From Clostridium sp. CAG:780 (GTDB taxonomy: Bacteria; Bacillota; Clostridia; TANB77; CAG-508): 64,000 nt of DNA. Of the stretch, positions 1 through 9,881 are shown in pieces. The notes beneath the pieces were generated by a model. It searched no databases. It saw nothing but the letters and a program-made list of their open reading frames with translations, and had not been told where the DNA came from. Location: contig HF994471.1 in NCBI GenBank assembly GCA_000434195.1, forward strand, positions 26,135 to 90,134. Direction: 5' to 3'. How positions within the stretch are numbered: the stretch's first letter is position 1; every line of letters begins with the position of its first letter. A program made the translations under genes and the position numbers.

Positions 1-351
1 GGCTTCTTGTGCAGACATTGACCTTTTTCTGTTAAAGTTGGTAGGATTTATTTCTACTGGTTTTCCCCATCCAAAATGTACAAATATTAGCATAAAAAAT
101 CCTATTGGGTCTATATGTGCTAATGGATTTAACGTCAGCCTTTTCTGATATCTTGGAGTATCGTCTCCTAATTTATCTGCTGCAAAAGCATGTGCAAATT
201 CGTGAAATGTTATTGCTATTATAACTCCTGGTAATGTTAATAACAGAGCAACTAGTTCCATAGGGTTTCTAGCATAATTTACTACCGAAAACACTACTAG
301 TATTGCTATAATTACATATATTATTCTTTTGTCAATATTAAAGTTAAACAT
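1..351 (-). CDS. M50-family (site-2-protease-like) zinc metallopeptidase, N-terminal part; the CDS continues past the window start
   Basis: Minus-strand ATG at 351 with an AAAGGAGA ribosome-binding site. Translation MFNFNIDKR...TFHEFAHAFAADKLGDDTPRYQKRLTLNPLAHIDPIGF... shows the HExxH and LNPLAHID motifs of peptidase M50B. No stop codon occurs before position 1. Confidence 0.6.
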   Translation of the reverse strand, partial: MFNFNIDKRIIYVIIAILVVFSVVNYARNPMELVALLLTLPGVIIAITFHEFAHAFAADKLGDDTPRYQKRLTLNPLAHIDPIGFFMLIFVHFGWGKPVEINPTNFNRKRSMSAQEA

Positions 352-462
352 ATTTCTTTGGTCTCCTTTTTAATGTTTATATTATATAACATAAAGCGAA
401 ATATGTAAATATTTTTTAGTGTTTTTATGTTTACTTATTTGTGAATTTCTTGTAAACTTTTA

Positions 463-2088
463 TTATGCCACCTTTTTTCTAAGTTCTTTTGCATGTGTTA
501 GTGCTATATCTGTAATTTCTCCTGATGATATTCTTGCTATTTCTTGTATTGTTTCTTCTTCTGTTAATAATTTTATTTTCGTGTTTGTTTTATTATTATT
601 TATTTCTTTATATATATAATAATTATGATCTCCTTTTGCTGCGATGGTTGCTAAATGTGTAACTATTATTACTTGATGTTGTTTTGCTATTTTTTGTAAT
701 TTTATTCCTACTGAATTGGCTGCTTTTCCACTTATTCCTGTGTCTATCTCATCAAATATTAAAACAGGAACTTCGTCAATGTCTGATAAAACAGTTTTTA
801 TGGCTAACATTATTCTTGATAATTCTCCGCCTGATGCTATTTTGCTTAATTGTTTTTCATCTTCCCCTAGGTTTGTTGTAATTACAAATTCTACATAGCT
901 TTTTCCAAAATTACTAAAGTCTTTTGTTTCAATTATTTTTGCATTAAACTTAGCGTTTTTCATTTCTAATTCTGAAAGTTCTTGATTTATTTTTAAATTA
1001 AGTATTGATGAATTTTGTTTTCTTAATTCTGTAATATTCTCACAAAGAATATTCATTTTTATCTCTATTTGTGCTATTTCTTTTCTTGTTTGTTTATTTT
1101 CATTTTCTAGTCCTTCTATTCTAGCAATTTCCTCTGCAACTTCGTTTTTATATTTTATAATGTCTTGTATTGTATTTCCATATTTTCTTTTTAGTGCATA
1201 AATTTCATCTAATCGCTCTTCTGTTTCATTTCTTTCTTCTTCATTAAAATATATTTCATCTTTCATGTAATCAATATCCCTTGATAGTTCTTGCACTTCA
1301 TAATATATATTTTTTAGTTCTATTAATTTTTCATTATATTTGTCGTCTACTTGGTCTATTTTTTCTAACGCCCTTATTGAATCATTTATAGCATCTATTG
1401 CTGTTGTTCCTAAATTGTTGCTCACATTATTTAGGCTTTCAGCAACTTTTTCTGAATTCATTATTATTTTTCTTTTTGTTTCTAGCTCTTCATCTTCTCC
1501 TTGTTTCAAATTTGCATTTTTTATCTCTTTATATTGATATTGCAACAAGTCTAATTTTCTTTGTTTTTCTATTTCACTTCCATAGTTATCTTTTAATTTT
1601 GCTTGCAATTCTTTGTAATGACTAAATAGTTGAGTATATTGAGCAAGTTGGCTTTCTATTTTTTCTCCTATAAATTTATCTAAGTATTTTGTGTGAAATT
1701 CCGTGTCCATTAGCGTTTGATTGTCATACTGTCCATGTATATCAATTATATTTTTCATAAATATTTTTAGTTCGTTTACTGTTACAAGTCTTCCATTAAT
1801 TTTGCATAAATTTCTTCCCGAAGTACTTATCTCTCTTGATATTATTATGTTTCCATCTATTGAGTTTGGATTGTCTGGCATATAAAGACATAGTTCAACA
1901 AATGACACACTTTCTCCTTTTCGTATCATTTCTTTCGAGAACCTGCCTCCTGCTATTATTCCTAGCGAATCTATTATTAATGTTTTTCCTGCTCCTGTTT
2001 CTCCTGTTAATACGTTTAGTCCATTATTTAAATCTATTACTAAGTCATCTATTATTCCTATATTTTTAATGTGTAGTGTTGAAATCAT
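463..2088 (-). CDS. recN: DNA repair protein RecN
   Basis: The ORF-track protein carries the Walker A motif GETGAGKT and SMC-like coiled coils and resembles RecN throughout. The likely true start is ATG at 2088 (MISTLHIKNIGII...), preceded by GGAGG. Confidence 0.9.
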   Translation of the reverse strand: MISTLHIKNIGIIDDLVIDLNNGLNVLTGETGAGKTLIIDSLGIIAGGRFSKEMIRKGESVSFVELCLYMPDNPNSIDGNIIISREISTSGRNLCKINGRLVTVNELKIFMKNIIDIHGQYDNQTLMDTEFHTKYLDKFIGEKIESQLAQYTQLFSHYKELQAKLKDNYGSEIEKQRKLDLLQYQYKEIKNANLKQGEDEELETKRKIIMNSEKVAESLNNVSNNLGTTAIDAINDSIRALEKIDQVDDKYNEKLIELKNIYYEVQELSRDIDYMKDEIYFNEEERNETEERLDEIYALKRKYGNTIQDIIKYKNEVAEEIARIEGLENENKQTRKEIAQIEIKMNILCENITELRKQNSSILNLKINQELSELEMKNAKFNAKIIETKDFSNFGKSYVEFVITTNLGEDEKQLSKIASGGELSRIMLAIKTVLSDIDEVPVLIFDEIDTGISGKAANSVGIKLQKIAKQHQVIIVTHLATIAAKGDHNYYIYKEINNNKTNTKIKLLTEEETIQEIARISSGEITDIALTHAKELRKKVA

Positions 2089-2315
2089 AGCCGCCTCCTC
2101 ACGCAAATCTTTGTTCGTATATATAGTACTACTTGATTTTTTGTTTGTCAATACTTTTTACAAATTTTTGTTTGCATTTTGTAGACAAATTTCGACAACT
2201 CCTAAAATTATATAAAAAACCTGACCACTAGGACAGGTTTCTTTACCTCTTTTCGTTTCCCTTGTAATTTATTTTTTCATAAAAAATAAGCTATTAATGA
2301 ATAATAGCTTTATGC

Positions 2316-2390
2316 TGGTGACCCCTACGGGAATCGAACCCATGATTCAGCCTTGAGAGGGCTGCGTCTTAACCGCTTGACCAAGGGGCC
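2316..2390 (-). tRNA. tRNA-Glu (anticodon CUC)
   Basis: The minus-strand 75-nt sequence GGCCCCTTGGTCAAGCGGTTAAGACGCAGCCCTCTCAAGGCTGAATCATGGGTTCGATTCCCGTAGGGGTCACCA folds as a cloverleaf. It has a 7-bp acceptor stem, anticodon loop CTCTCAA, a GGTTCGATTCC T-arm and an encoded CCA. It closely resembles Bacillus tRNA-Glu. Confidence 0.85.
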
Positions 2391-2440
2391 AATATTTTGT
2401 ACTTTATTAATATAACATTTTTCTTCAAAATAGTCAATAT

Positions 2441-2836
2441 TTAAAAGCACATTTTTAGTATTTCTTCTAATCTTTGATCTTGTTTGGTTAAGTATAAGTA
2501 TCCTATTAAGGCTTCAAACGCTGTTGAGTATCTATATTCTTCGACTGTTGAATTTTTGGGAAGATGATGGTTTTCTGCATTTCTTCCTCTTCTTACAATA
2601 TCTTTTTCGTCTTCTGTTAGATTATCATATATGTTTTTCAATATATTTGCTTGAGCTTCTGCTTTTACATATTTTATTGATTCAATATGTAACATATGTG
2701 GTTTCGACTTTTTTGTATTTACTAAATTCATTCTGATAAACAATTCATACACAGCATCTCCCACATATGCCCAAGTAAGTGGTGACATTGTGTTTACTTC
2801 TGATATATCTTTTTCTCTGTTTATTATTTCTATCAT
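2441..2836 (-). CDS. mrnC: Mini-ribonuclease 3 (Mini-III)
   Basis: The motifs AYVGDAVYEL, RRGRNA and YRYSTAFEALIGYLYL match Mini-III/YazC. Confidence 0.8.
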   Translation of the reverse strand: MIEIINREKDISEVNTMSPLTWAYVGDAVYELFIRMNLVNTKKSKPHMLHIESIKYVKAEAQANILKNIYDNLTEDEKDIVRRGRNAENHHLPKNSTVEEYRYSTAFEALIGYLYLTKQDQRLEEILKMCF

Positions 2837-2839
2837 TTT

Positions 2840-3763
2840 TTACCTTTCTACTTTTTCTAGCGTAATTCTTCCTAAATTTCCGCTTCTAAAATCATCTAAT
2901 ATTATTTTTGATACTTTATTTAAATCTATTGTATTTCCTTTTGCTACTGCTCCTCTTTTTTCTCCTATGTAGTTCATCACTTCTACTATTCGCTCATTTT
3001 CCGCAAGTTGATCGGTTGAAAGTATTTTTTCCACTACTTCTGAATTTAGAGAATATCTGTCAACTACTGCTTGTCTATATTCTTCAAGTAAGTATTTTAA
3101 CAAGTTATACGCAATCTCCACTTCATCTAGTATCTCGCTTTTGATTGTACCTGTATATGCTAGATTTAAAGCTATTTCTTCTTTCTCTAATCTAGGCCAT
3201 AACACTCCTGGAGTATCTAGTAATTCTATGTTATTAGATAAACGTATCCATTGTTTTTGTTTTGTTACTCCTGGTTTATTTCCAACTTGCATCGCCACTT
3301 TATTCGACACTCTGTTTATAAATGATGACTTTCCTACATTTGGTACTCCTAGTATCATTGCTCTTATTATTTTTGAGGTTCTTCCTTTTGCTCTTTGCTT
3401 TTCTAGTTCTTCTTGCATTACTTCATTTATTTGTTTGGTTATTTTGTTTATCCCTTCTCCTTTATTTGAATCACATAATATTGATGGTATACCTTTCTTT
3501 GCAAAATATTCTACCCATTTTTTGTTTTCTTTTTCTTCTGACAAGTCTGCTTTATTTAATATTATTATTCTGTTTTTATTTTTTATTATTTTTTGCACTT
3601 CTGGGTTCTGGCTAGAAATTGGTATTCTAGCATCTAGTATTTCTATTATTATATCTACTAGTTTAACATCTTGTTCTATTTGATCCATGGCTTTTTTCAT
3701 ATGTCCGGGATACCAGTTGATATTTGTACTTGCACAACTTTTTTCATTACTCATTTTACTCAC
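2840..3763 (-). CDS. rbgA: Ribosome biogenesis GTPase A (YlqF/RbgA)
   Basis: The N-terminal WYPGHM signature, circularly permuted GTPase motifs (NKADL before GVPNVGKSS) and DTPG are all present. Confidence 0.85.
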   Translation of the reverse strand: MSKMSNEKSCASTNINWYPGHMKKAMDQIEQDVKLVDIIIEILDARIPISSQNPEVQKIIKNKNRIIILNKADLSEEKENKKWVEYFAKKGIPSILCDSNKGEGINKITKQINEVMQEELEKQRAKGRTSKIIRAMILGVPNVGKSSFINRVSNKVAMQVGNKPGVTKQKQWIRLSNNIELLDTPGVLWPRLEKEEIALNLAYTGTIKSEILDEVEIAYNLLKYLLEEYRQAVVDRYSLNSEVVEKILSTDQLAENERIVEVMNYIGEKRGAVAKGNTIDLNKVSKIILDDFRSGNLGRITLEKVER

Positions 3764-4277
3764 CTACTTTATAATTTAATTGTTTTCTCAATTCTAATAA
3801 TTTTTCTTTATCTTCTTTATATTCAAATCTTGGTTTTACAAAATTTTTTGAACCTCTTTTTTCAAATGAATATCGTGGAATTAATTGAATATGAAAATGA
3901 TTCATTGGTCCATCACACATTGTACAAAGATATACACTTTCAGCATTATAAACATCTTTTAAAATATTCATTATTTTTTTAGCTAATACAAATATTTCAT
4001 TACATGTTTCATCATCTATTTCCATCATATCTTTATAATGTGTTTTAGTGCTTATTGCAGTATGTCCATCTGCTCTTGGATTTCCTACTAAAAAGCATTC
4101 GAATTTGTCATTTTCAAATATCATTTTATCAGTATTGTCTCCATATAAAATATGATTGTTCTTTTTATCAAAGCAAGTAGGACAAATTCCTGAATCAACA
4201 ATATCAGCCACTTCTACTTTTCCACTTTTTATTAAATCAACTATTTCTTCATTTTTTAATTGCTTTAAATTATCCAT
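3756..4277 (-). CDS. HIT-like domain protein
   Basis: A histidine-triad-like motif HFHIQLIP lies near the C-terminus, preceded by a Cys pair (CPTCF). The gene overlaps the rbgA start by 8 nt. Confidence 0.4.
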   Translation of the reverse strand: MDNLKQLKNEEIVDLIKSGKVEVADIVDSGICPTCFDKKNNHILYGDNTDKMIFENDKFECFLVGNPRADGHTAISTKTHYKDMMEIDDETCNEIFVLAKKIMNILKDVYNAESVYLCTMCDGPMNHFHIQLIPRYSFEKRGSKNFVKPRFEYKEDKEKLLELRKQLNYKVGE

Positions 4278-4296
4278 TTCATCTCCTATTTATTAA

Positions 4297-4986
4297 TTAT
4301 TTTCTTTTAAACTCTATTTTTATTGATCCATCTTTATTTAAGTATATCATATTTATCAAATCATAAATATACTTTCTATTCAACTTATCTATTTGGGTTG
4401 TTTGTCTATTACTTATTTCTGTAATAACTTTTTCCTCTAAAATATCTTTTCTTATTGTATGTTTATTATCGCATCCTCTTTTTCTCACATAAGATGAACA
4501 AGCATAATATGTATATTCTTTACTCTTTCTAATAGTCAAGTTACTATCACATTCTGTACATTTCAAATATCCTGAAAAAATGTCATATTCATTATTTGAA
4601 TTTACTTTTACTGAATGTTTAATTATATCTTGCACTCTTTCAAATTGCTCTTTGCTTATTATCTCCATATGATTATTCTTTGTGATTATTAACTCGTCTT
4701 CTCTTGTTTTTACAAATTTATGATTTTTGAAACTAATTCGTTTTCGCTTTTGTTGAATTAAATCTCCAATATATACTTTATTATTTAGGACTCCAATAAT
4801 CATACTGATATTCCACATCTTTCCTTCATCCGAGTTTTTAATATATTCCATTGGAGTTTTGATTTTTTTATTATTTAAAATATCTACTATTTCTTTCTTG
4901 CTTAAGCCTTTTTCTATACTGTCAAATATCATTTTTACATTTTCAGCTGCTTCTGTGTCAATAATTATTTTATTCTTTATACATCA
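4297..4986 (-). pseudogene. Remnant of a large serine recombinase: recombinase and zinc-ribbon domains only, N-terminal resolvase catalytic domain missing
   Basis: The protein WNISMIIGVLNNKVYIGDLIQQKR...YLKCTECDSNLTIRKSKEYTYYACSSYVRKRGCDNKHTIRKD matches the recombinase and Zn beta-ribbon domains of large serine recombinases. The reading frame is closed by a stop at 4984-4986, only about 17 codons upstream of the first ATG, so the roughly 140-aa catalytic domain is absent. Confidence 0.6.
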
Positions 4987-5001
4987 CTTCCTTTATATTT
5001 A

Positions 5002-6276
5002 CTATATTAATTTTTTCGAATTTTCAACTATTCCTTTAGTTAATTCAACATTATGATATTTCTTTAAATGACCTGTATCATTCCAAATTCTATAAATGAT
5101 CATTCTTTGTTCTAAAAACTTTATTTCATTTAACTCTTTATAGTACTTTTTTATATAGTTCCAAATGTTTTTATAGTCCTCTGGCTTTTGATATGGATCC
5201 ATCTCAATATCCGCCCATTTCCATGGTTGTTCTTGACACATATATAATAATCTAAATTCAAAATCAATTGGTGCTTGTATAGAATCATTAAAATCAATTA
5301 TTGTGAGTTTTCCATTATTATAAATAACATTATCAAAATGTAAATCATTATGAATCAATGCAAATTTATTATCAGATAAATATTCATCATATTTATCTAT
5401 ACTTTCTAATATCATATTGTAATCTTTAATTTTAAAATATTTTTTACATTTGATAATTCTATTTTTTATTTCGCCTTTAATTTTATTTTTCCAGTCATAT
5501 TCTTTTCCATTAACTGAATGGAATTTTTTTATTATATCAATTAGTTTTTCTATTGTTTTTTCTCTATCTGCTTCATTCATTTTATACCAATAATAATAAA
5601 GTGTTTTTCCTTTTATTTTCTCTATAACTTCATATATATAATCACAATCCACTTTTGAATCATCATATTTATATAATTTGGGAATAAAACAATTATCCTT
5701 ATTAGATAAATAAAAATCTTTTTCATTTTCGAAAGTATTTTCCAATTCTTTATTAGTGCATACTTTAATTACATATTTATCATTAATATTAAATAGTGTA
5801 TTATTAAATCCTGAATTTATTTCTTCTACTTTAACTATATTTCCAAGTAAATCTGTATTTTTACTTGCTATACTTTTTCCTAGTTTTAATCTCTCTTCGA
5901 CTAAATTTTTAGTAACTTTAAATATTTCAAAGATTATCTTATCATCTTCTTTAAAATTTGGATTAACAGATTTAAAAAAATTCAAATGAACTTGTTTCCA
6001 ATAATTAAGTGATAAATCTCCTTCACCTTCTAACTTTGCAAGTTCTTCTGTCATTTCGTTATACTTTATTATTTTGTAATCTACTGTTTCTACTATACAA
6101 GCATCCTTTTCATTATCAAAATGAATAATCGACTCTTTCCCAATTACCGGAATTTTATCAAAGTTATATAAAGATGATGTAGCAGTTTTCTTTCCTTCTA
6201 ACACTAATCCAATTAATTTGTCATTGTCTATTCCGAAACTCCAATTATTCATTTTATCACTCCTTTTTATTTCCAT
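5002..6276 (-). CDS. Fusion protein: N-terminal ASCH domain plus C-terminal aminoglycoside-phosphotransferase/choline-kinase-like kinase domain
   Basis: The N-terminus NNWSFGIDNDKLIGLVLEGKKTATSSLY is ASCH-like. The C-terminus has the Brenner motif LIHNDLHFDNVIY and IIDFNDS (a DFG equivalent) of the APH/protein-kinase-like fold. Confidence 0.5.
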   Translation of the reverse strand: MEIKRSDKMNNWSFGIDNDKLIGLVLEGKKTATSSLYNFDKIPVIGKESIIHFDNEKDACIVETVDYKIIKYNEMTEELAKLEGEGDLSLNYWKQVHLNFFKSVNPNFKEDDKIIFEIFKVTKNLVEERLKLGKSIASKNTDLLGNIVKVEEINSGFNNTLFNINDKYVIKVCTNKELENTFENEKDFYLSNKDNCFIPKLYKYDDSKVDCDYIYEVIEKIKGKTLYYYWYKMNEADREKTIEKLIDIIKKFHSVNGKEYDWKNKIKGEIKNRIIKCKKYFKIKDYNMILESIDKYDEYLSDNKFALIHNDLHFDNVIYNNGKLTIIDFNDSIQAPIDFEFRLLYMCQEQPWKWADIEMDPYQKPEDYKNIWNYIKKYYKELNEIKFLEQRMIIYRIWNDTGHLKKYHNVELTKGIVENSKKLI

Positions 6277-7183
6277 CTCCCAATAATTTTATTTTTTCTG
6301 CATTGTTAAGTATATCTAATTGATATTTCGCAATTTTACTTAAAATTTCAAATCTCTCTTCTTTGCTTTTTCCTTCTTTTATTATATTAAGTATATTTAA
6401 TTGATACTTTGCAATTTCACTTAATATTTCAAATCTCTCTTCTTTGCTTTTTCCTTCTTTTATTAATTCAGCATTATGTGATTCTAAATTTGATAATACT
6501 GTTAATTCATTTATTGTAGCATAATCTCTAACATTTGAATTCTTAGCTAAATCAGGATTAAGTTCTCTCCATTTCTTAGCCGTTGTGTTAAATATGACTA
6601 CATTTAAAATATCAGCTTCTTCAGCATATTTTAACCATTCTCTATTTTTATAAAAATCATTATCTGGCAATATGTAATTTTTAATTGCATCTGTATGTAT
6701 TAAATAATTGTTTTTCGTTAATATTCTTTTTACATCCCATTCTCTGTTTTGATTTTCAATTTCCTTTAATCTCTCAAATTCTTTTATTAAATATAATTTG
6801 AATACAGGGCTTATTGCAGAAGCAAATTCAAATGCAATATCTTTATGTGCATATGTTCCTCCGTATTTTCCTCGTTTTGAATATATACCAATTGCATTTG
6901 TCTTTTCACACCATTCTGTAACACTTAATGTAAATGTGTGAAGTCCTGCACTTTTTCTAAACCCGTCGAATTCGACGGAATTAAAATTTGGATTATAAAT
7001 CGACTCCCATGTTCCTAAAAATTCCAAAGTAATTCTATTTCTTAGCCAGTTTCTTATAATGTCATCAGCTTTCGATTTTCCCTCTTTGTATTTACCAAAA
7101 TCAGAAATACAAATATAATCATTATCATCTATATTTGTAATATTTACTTTAATATTTTGAACTTCTATTATTTTATTTGACAT
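6257..7183 (-). CDS. KilA-N domain protein (phage-associated) with an internal C-terminal tandem repeat
   Basis: The N-terminal region ISDFGKY...RNWLRNRITLEFLGTWESIYNPNF...AGLHTFTLSVTEWCEKTNAIGIYSKRGKYGGTYAHKDIAFEFA matches KilA-N/Bro-N. The C-terminus repeats IKEGKSKEERFEILS-IAKYQL-ILN twice. Confidence 0.6.
   Translation of the reverse strand: MSNKIIEVQNIKVNITNIDDNDYICISDFGKYKEGKSKADDIIRNWLRNRITLEFLGTWESIYNPNFNSVEFDGFRKSAGLHTFTLSVTEWCEKTNAIGIYSKRGKYGGTYAHKDIAFEFASAISPVFKLYLIKEFERLKEIENQNREWDVKRILTKNNYLIHTDAIKNYILPDNDFYKNREWLKYAEEADILNVVIFNTTAKKWRELNPDLAKNSNVRDYATINELTVLSNLESHNAELIKEGKSKEERFEILSEIAKYQLNILNIIKEGKSKEERFEILSKIAKYQLDILNNAEKIKLLGDGNKKE
6306..6467. repeat. Direct tandem repeat of about 81 bp, two copies about 95 % identical, inside the KilA-N gene
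   Basis: ttaagtatatctaattgatatttcgcaattttacttaaaatttcaaatctctcttctttgctttttccttcttttatta at 6306 recurs at 6387 with a few substitutions. Confidence 0.8.
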
Positions 7184-7242
7184 ATATTCACCTCCAATTT
7201 ATCAAATTACGAAAGATAAAAATTTGAAAAAATGTTGTTTTT

Positions 7243-7371
7243 TCAATAGTTTCGGCTAGTGTTTAGATAATTCGTACTTTCCCAGTTAATATTCATTTGT
7301 TTTTGCACTTCTTTTTTATTTTCATTAATTTTTATTTCTTGTCTTTTTTTCCTTTTTTGATACATATCCAT
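7243..7371 (-). CDS. Small basic hypothetical protein (41 aa)
   Basis: Minus-strand ATG at 7371 follows a GGAAG ribosome-binding site. The product MDMYQKRKKRQEIKINENKKEVQKQMNINWESTNYLNTSRNY lies next to the phage-like genes. Confidence 0.25.
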   Translation of the reverse strand: MDMYQKRKKRQEIKINENKKEVQKQMNINWESTNYLNTSRNY

Positions 7372-7442
7372 TTTAATCACTTCCTTTTCATTTTTTATTC
7401 TCCATTATTTACAATAAATTCAACTTATAAATATCTATTCCT

Positions 7443-8210
7443 TTAGCAGCAATCCCAATCTACTACAGAATTAGTAAAGTTACCTTTTTCTATATCTTCT
7501 CTAGAAATTAGTGCAAATATAATTCCACAATCACCAATCATAATTCCATTGCCTATATTACTATCAATTTTAAATAAACATTCTTCTTTTAAATCTCCTA
7601 TTTCTCTAGGATCTGTCTGAGTGAAGTCTGCATATCCTCCAATATTTCCATTCAAAATAGACATTTCTTCATAAAAAACATTATATAAGTCTATATCATT
7701 AGATTCAAAAAGATCTATTATTTCCTTATAATTTTTTAGCTCTATGCCTATTTCTTCTTTAATTATTTCTTTCATAACATTTGCAAATCTATAATCATTT
7801 ATTGGCATGTGTTCTATATTCTTTTTTAATTTTATTTTTAGTGGTTTCTTAATTATGTAATTATTTGATGGAAACTCTGGTAAATCAGTTCTATATTCAA
7901 GATTTTCTTCGAAATACTTTATTTTATAATCGGCTGGCCAGCTACATTCTTTATCTATAAATACTTCCAATATTCCTTTTTTTGGATAGCCATCTAATTC
8001 AATATCTTTTAAATTAATTTGTATTAGCAAAATCATTGGGTTACCATCTTCATCTAGAGGATATTCTTCTCCCTTAGGCATATATGCTTTGCCTCCTATT
8101 TTATTATCTTTTATTCCAATATCTTCGCTATTATCTATAACTATTTCGTAACATTCTTTTTTAGTTTTATTCTTATAAATCTCAATAACTTTTCTTAATT
8201 TTTCCTTCAT
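7443..8210 (-). CDS. DUF1963 (YwqG-like) family protein
   Basis: NKIGGKAYMP near the N-terminus and the C-terminal GDCGIIFALI...DWDC pattern match YwqG/DUF1963 proteins. Confidence 0.4.
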   Translation of the reverse strand: MKEKLRKVIEIYKNKTKKECYEIVIDNSEDIGIKDNKIGGKAYMPKGEEYPLDEDGNPMILLIQINLKDIELDGYPKKGILEVFIDKECSWPADYKIKYFEENLEYRTDLPEFPSNNYIIKKPLKIKLKKNIEHMPINDYRFANVMKEIIKEEIGIELKNYKEIIDLFESNDIDLYNVFYEEMSILNGNIGGYADFTQTDPREIGDLKEECLFKIDSNIGNGIMIGDCGIIFALISREDIEKGNFTNSVVDWDCC

Positions 8211-8312
8211 AATTATTCTCCTTAATTAACATTTTTAATATATTTGCAAAAAAACTTAATATATCAATATTTTTCTTAGTATTTTCTTTAACTCACATTA
8301 CTCAGTTCATAT

Positions 8313-8774
8313 TTATTTTATTTCGTTATTCATAGCTTCACTTCCTTCTTTATTTATCTTTTTCTCATTATCAGTATCTATCACACTGAATTTTATTCCT
8401 TTTTGATTGTTTTTTATAGCTTCTATTTCAAAGTCTATCATATCTTCAGGTAATTTATTTATATCGCACCACACTAATTCTGAGCATTTTTCTGGTTCGT
8501 TTATTTTGATGTCTCCTTTATACTTTGATACTTCAAAATATACATCATAGTATGGTAATAACGATTTGTTACGTCTATTCACTACAAATGTATCAATTAT
8601 ATCATCCAATGATAATTCTATTCCAAGTTCTTCTTTTGCTTCTCTAACAAGAGCATCATATGCGTTTTCACCTTGGTCGATATGTCCAGCTGGTAATGCT
8701 AGAAAGCCCGGCCATAATTTAGTACCTTGTCTCCTTTGTAATAAAATATCATTTTTTTCATTTCTAATTATCAT
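8313..8774 (-). CDS. NUDIX hydrolase
   Basis: The Nudix box GHIDQGENAYDALVREAKEELGIE is present. The likely start is ATG at 8774 (MIIRNEK...); the ORF track extends to a TTG at 8861. Confidence 0.7.
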   Translation of the reverse strand: MIIRNEKNDILLQRRQGTKLWPGFLALPAGHIDQGENAYDALVREAKEELGIELSLDDIIDTFVVNRRNKSLLPYYDVYFEVSKYKGDIKINEPEKCSELVWCDINKLPEDMIDFEIEAIKNNQKGIKFSVIDTDNEKKINKEGSEAMNNEIK

Positions 8775-8884
8775 ATATACTGATGATAAAATTTTTCTTT
8801 TTCCATAGTTTTTTCTCCTTAATACATTTAATATTTTAACATAAAAACAAGCGATTTTCAACTAATCGCTTGTTTTACATAACA

Positions 8885-9304
8885 TTATTTTTTGTATCTT
8901 TTATCTCCCCACCAATTTGGTACTAGTTCGTTTAGATGAACTATTTTTCTTGTTTCATAGTCTGTAAGTATTTCCATGTTTCTATTTTCATAATTAAGTT
9001 GCATTAAAAATTCTCTACAAGCTCCACATGGCATTCCTCCGTTTGTTTTTGGTGGTTCTTTTCTAAACGCTATCATTCTTATAATTTTGGTTTCACCTGT
9101 ATTCAAATACATATTCAATGCAGCAACTCTCTCTGCGCATAAGTTCATTACTCCGCTTGCCCCTTCTATGCAAAATCCTGTAAAGATTTTACCACTTTCG
9201 CTTTGAACAGCTGCAACCACATGATGAGCTGTTATGAATGGTGATATCTCTTCTGGATGATACTCCTTTTTTGCCTTTTCATACATTTCTTCCCAAATGT
9301 CCAT
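8885..9304 (-). CDS. Cytidine/deoxycytidylate deaminase-family protein
   Basis: The zinc-ligand motifs CAERVAA and PCGACREF indicate a CDA fold. Confidence 0.6.
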   Translation of the reverse strand: MDIWEEMYEKAKKEYHPEEISPFITAHHVVAAVQSESGKIFTGFCIEGASGVMNLCAERVAALNMYLNTGETKIIRMIAFRKEPPKTNGGMPCGACREFLMQLNYENRNMEILTDYETRKIVHLNELVPNWWGDKRYKK

Positions 9305-9321
9305 TTTCTTCTCCTTTTATC

Positions 9322-9873
9322 TTATATTTCTTTATACATAAAACATTCTTTGTCGTGCGAATATATCACACCTATTGCTTGTAAATATGAATATATTATT
9401 GTTGATCCAACAAATCTCATGCCTTTTTTCTTTAAGTCTTTAGAAATTTTATCTGATAATTCTGACGTTATTTTGTCTGTTTCATAGAATGTCTTTCCTT
9501 CTGTAAACTTAATTAGATAATCATTAAACGTACCATATTCTTTTTGTATATTTTTGAATATTCTAGCGTTATTTATACTAGCATTTATTTTTAGTTTGTT
9601 TCTTATTATTTTTTCATTTGATAATAGTTCCTGTATTTTTTTATTGTCATACTTACATATTTGGTCAATGTCAAAATTATCATATGCTTTTCTAAAATCT
9701 TCTCTTTTATTTAATACACATTCCCAAGATAGTCCTGCTTGGAAAGATTCTAATATTAACATTTCAAATAAGTATTTGTCATTAAAGTTAGGTTGACACC
9801 ATTCTTCGTCGTGATATTTTATATATCTTGGATTTTGCAAATTACACCATTTGCATCTAGTTTTATTATTCAT
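9322..9873 (-). CDS. tag: DNA-3-methyladenine glycosylase I
   Basis: CKWCNLQNPRYIKYHDEEWCQP, LFEMLILESFQAGLSWECVL and KREDFRKAYDNFD are characteristic Tag motifs. Confidence 0.8.
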   Translation of the reverse strand: MNNKTRCKWCNLQNPRYIKYHDEEWCQPNFNDKYLFEMLILESFQAGLSWECVLNKREDFRKAYDNFDIDQICKYDNKKIQELLSNEKIIRNKLKINASINNARIFKNIQKEYGTFNDYLIKFTEGKTFYETDKITSELSDKISKDLKKKGMRFVGSTIIYSYLQAIGVIYSHDKECFMYKEI

Positions 9874-9881
9874 ATATTCTC

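Noticed and set aside
3141-3683. Many 60-200-aa plus-strand ORFs in the track that overlap minus-strand genes (for example 3141-3683, 14199-14747, 41102-41632, 51040-51603, 61352-61972)
   Set aside because: They are Phe/Leu/Ile/Ser-rich translations of the antisense of AT-rich genes. They have no ribosome-binding sites and lie fully inside well-supported genes.
2316-4932. tRNA-Glu as the integration site of the recombinase-bearing element
   Set aside because: The recombinase remnant is separated from the tRNA by conserved core genes (mrnC, rbgA, HIT), and no direct repeat of the tRNA 3' end was seen nearby.
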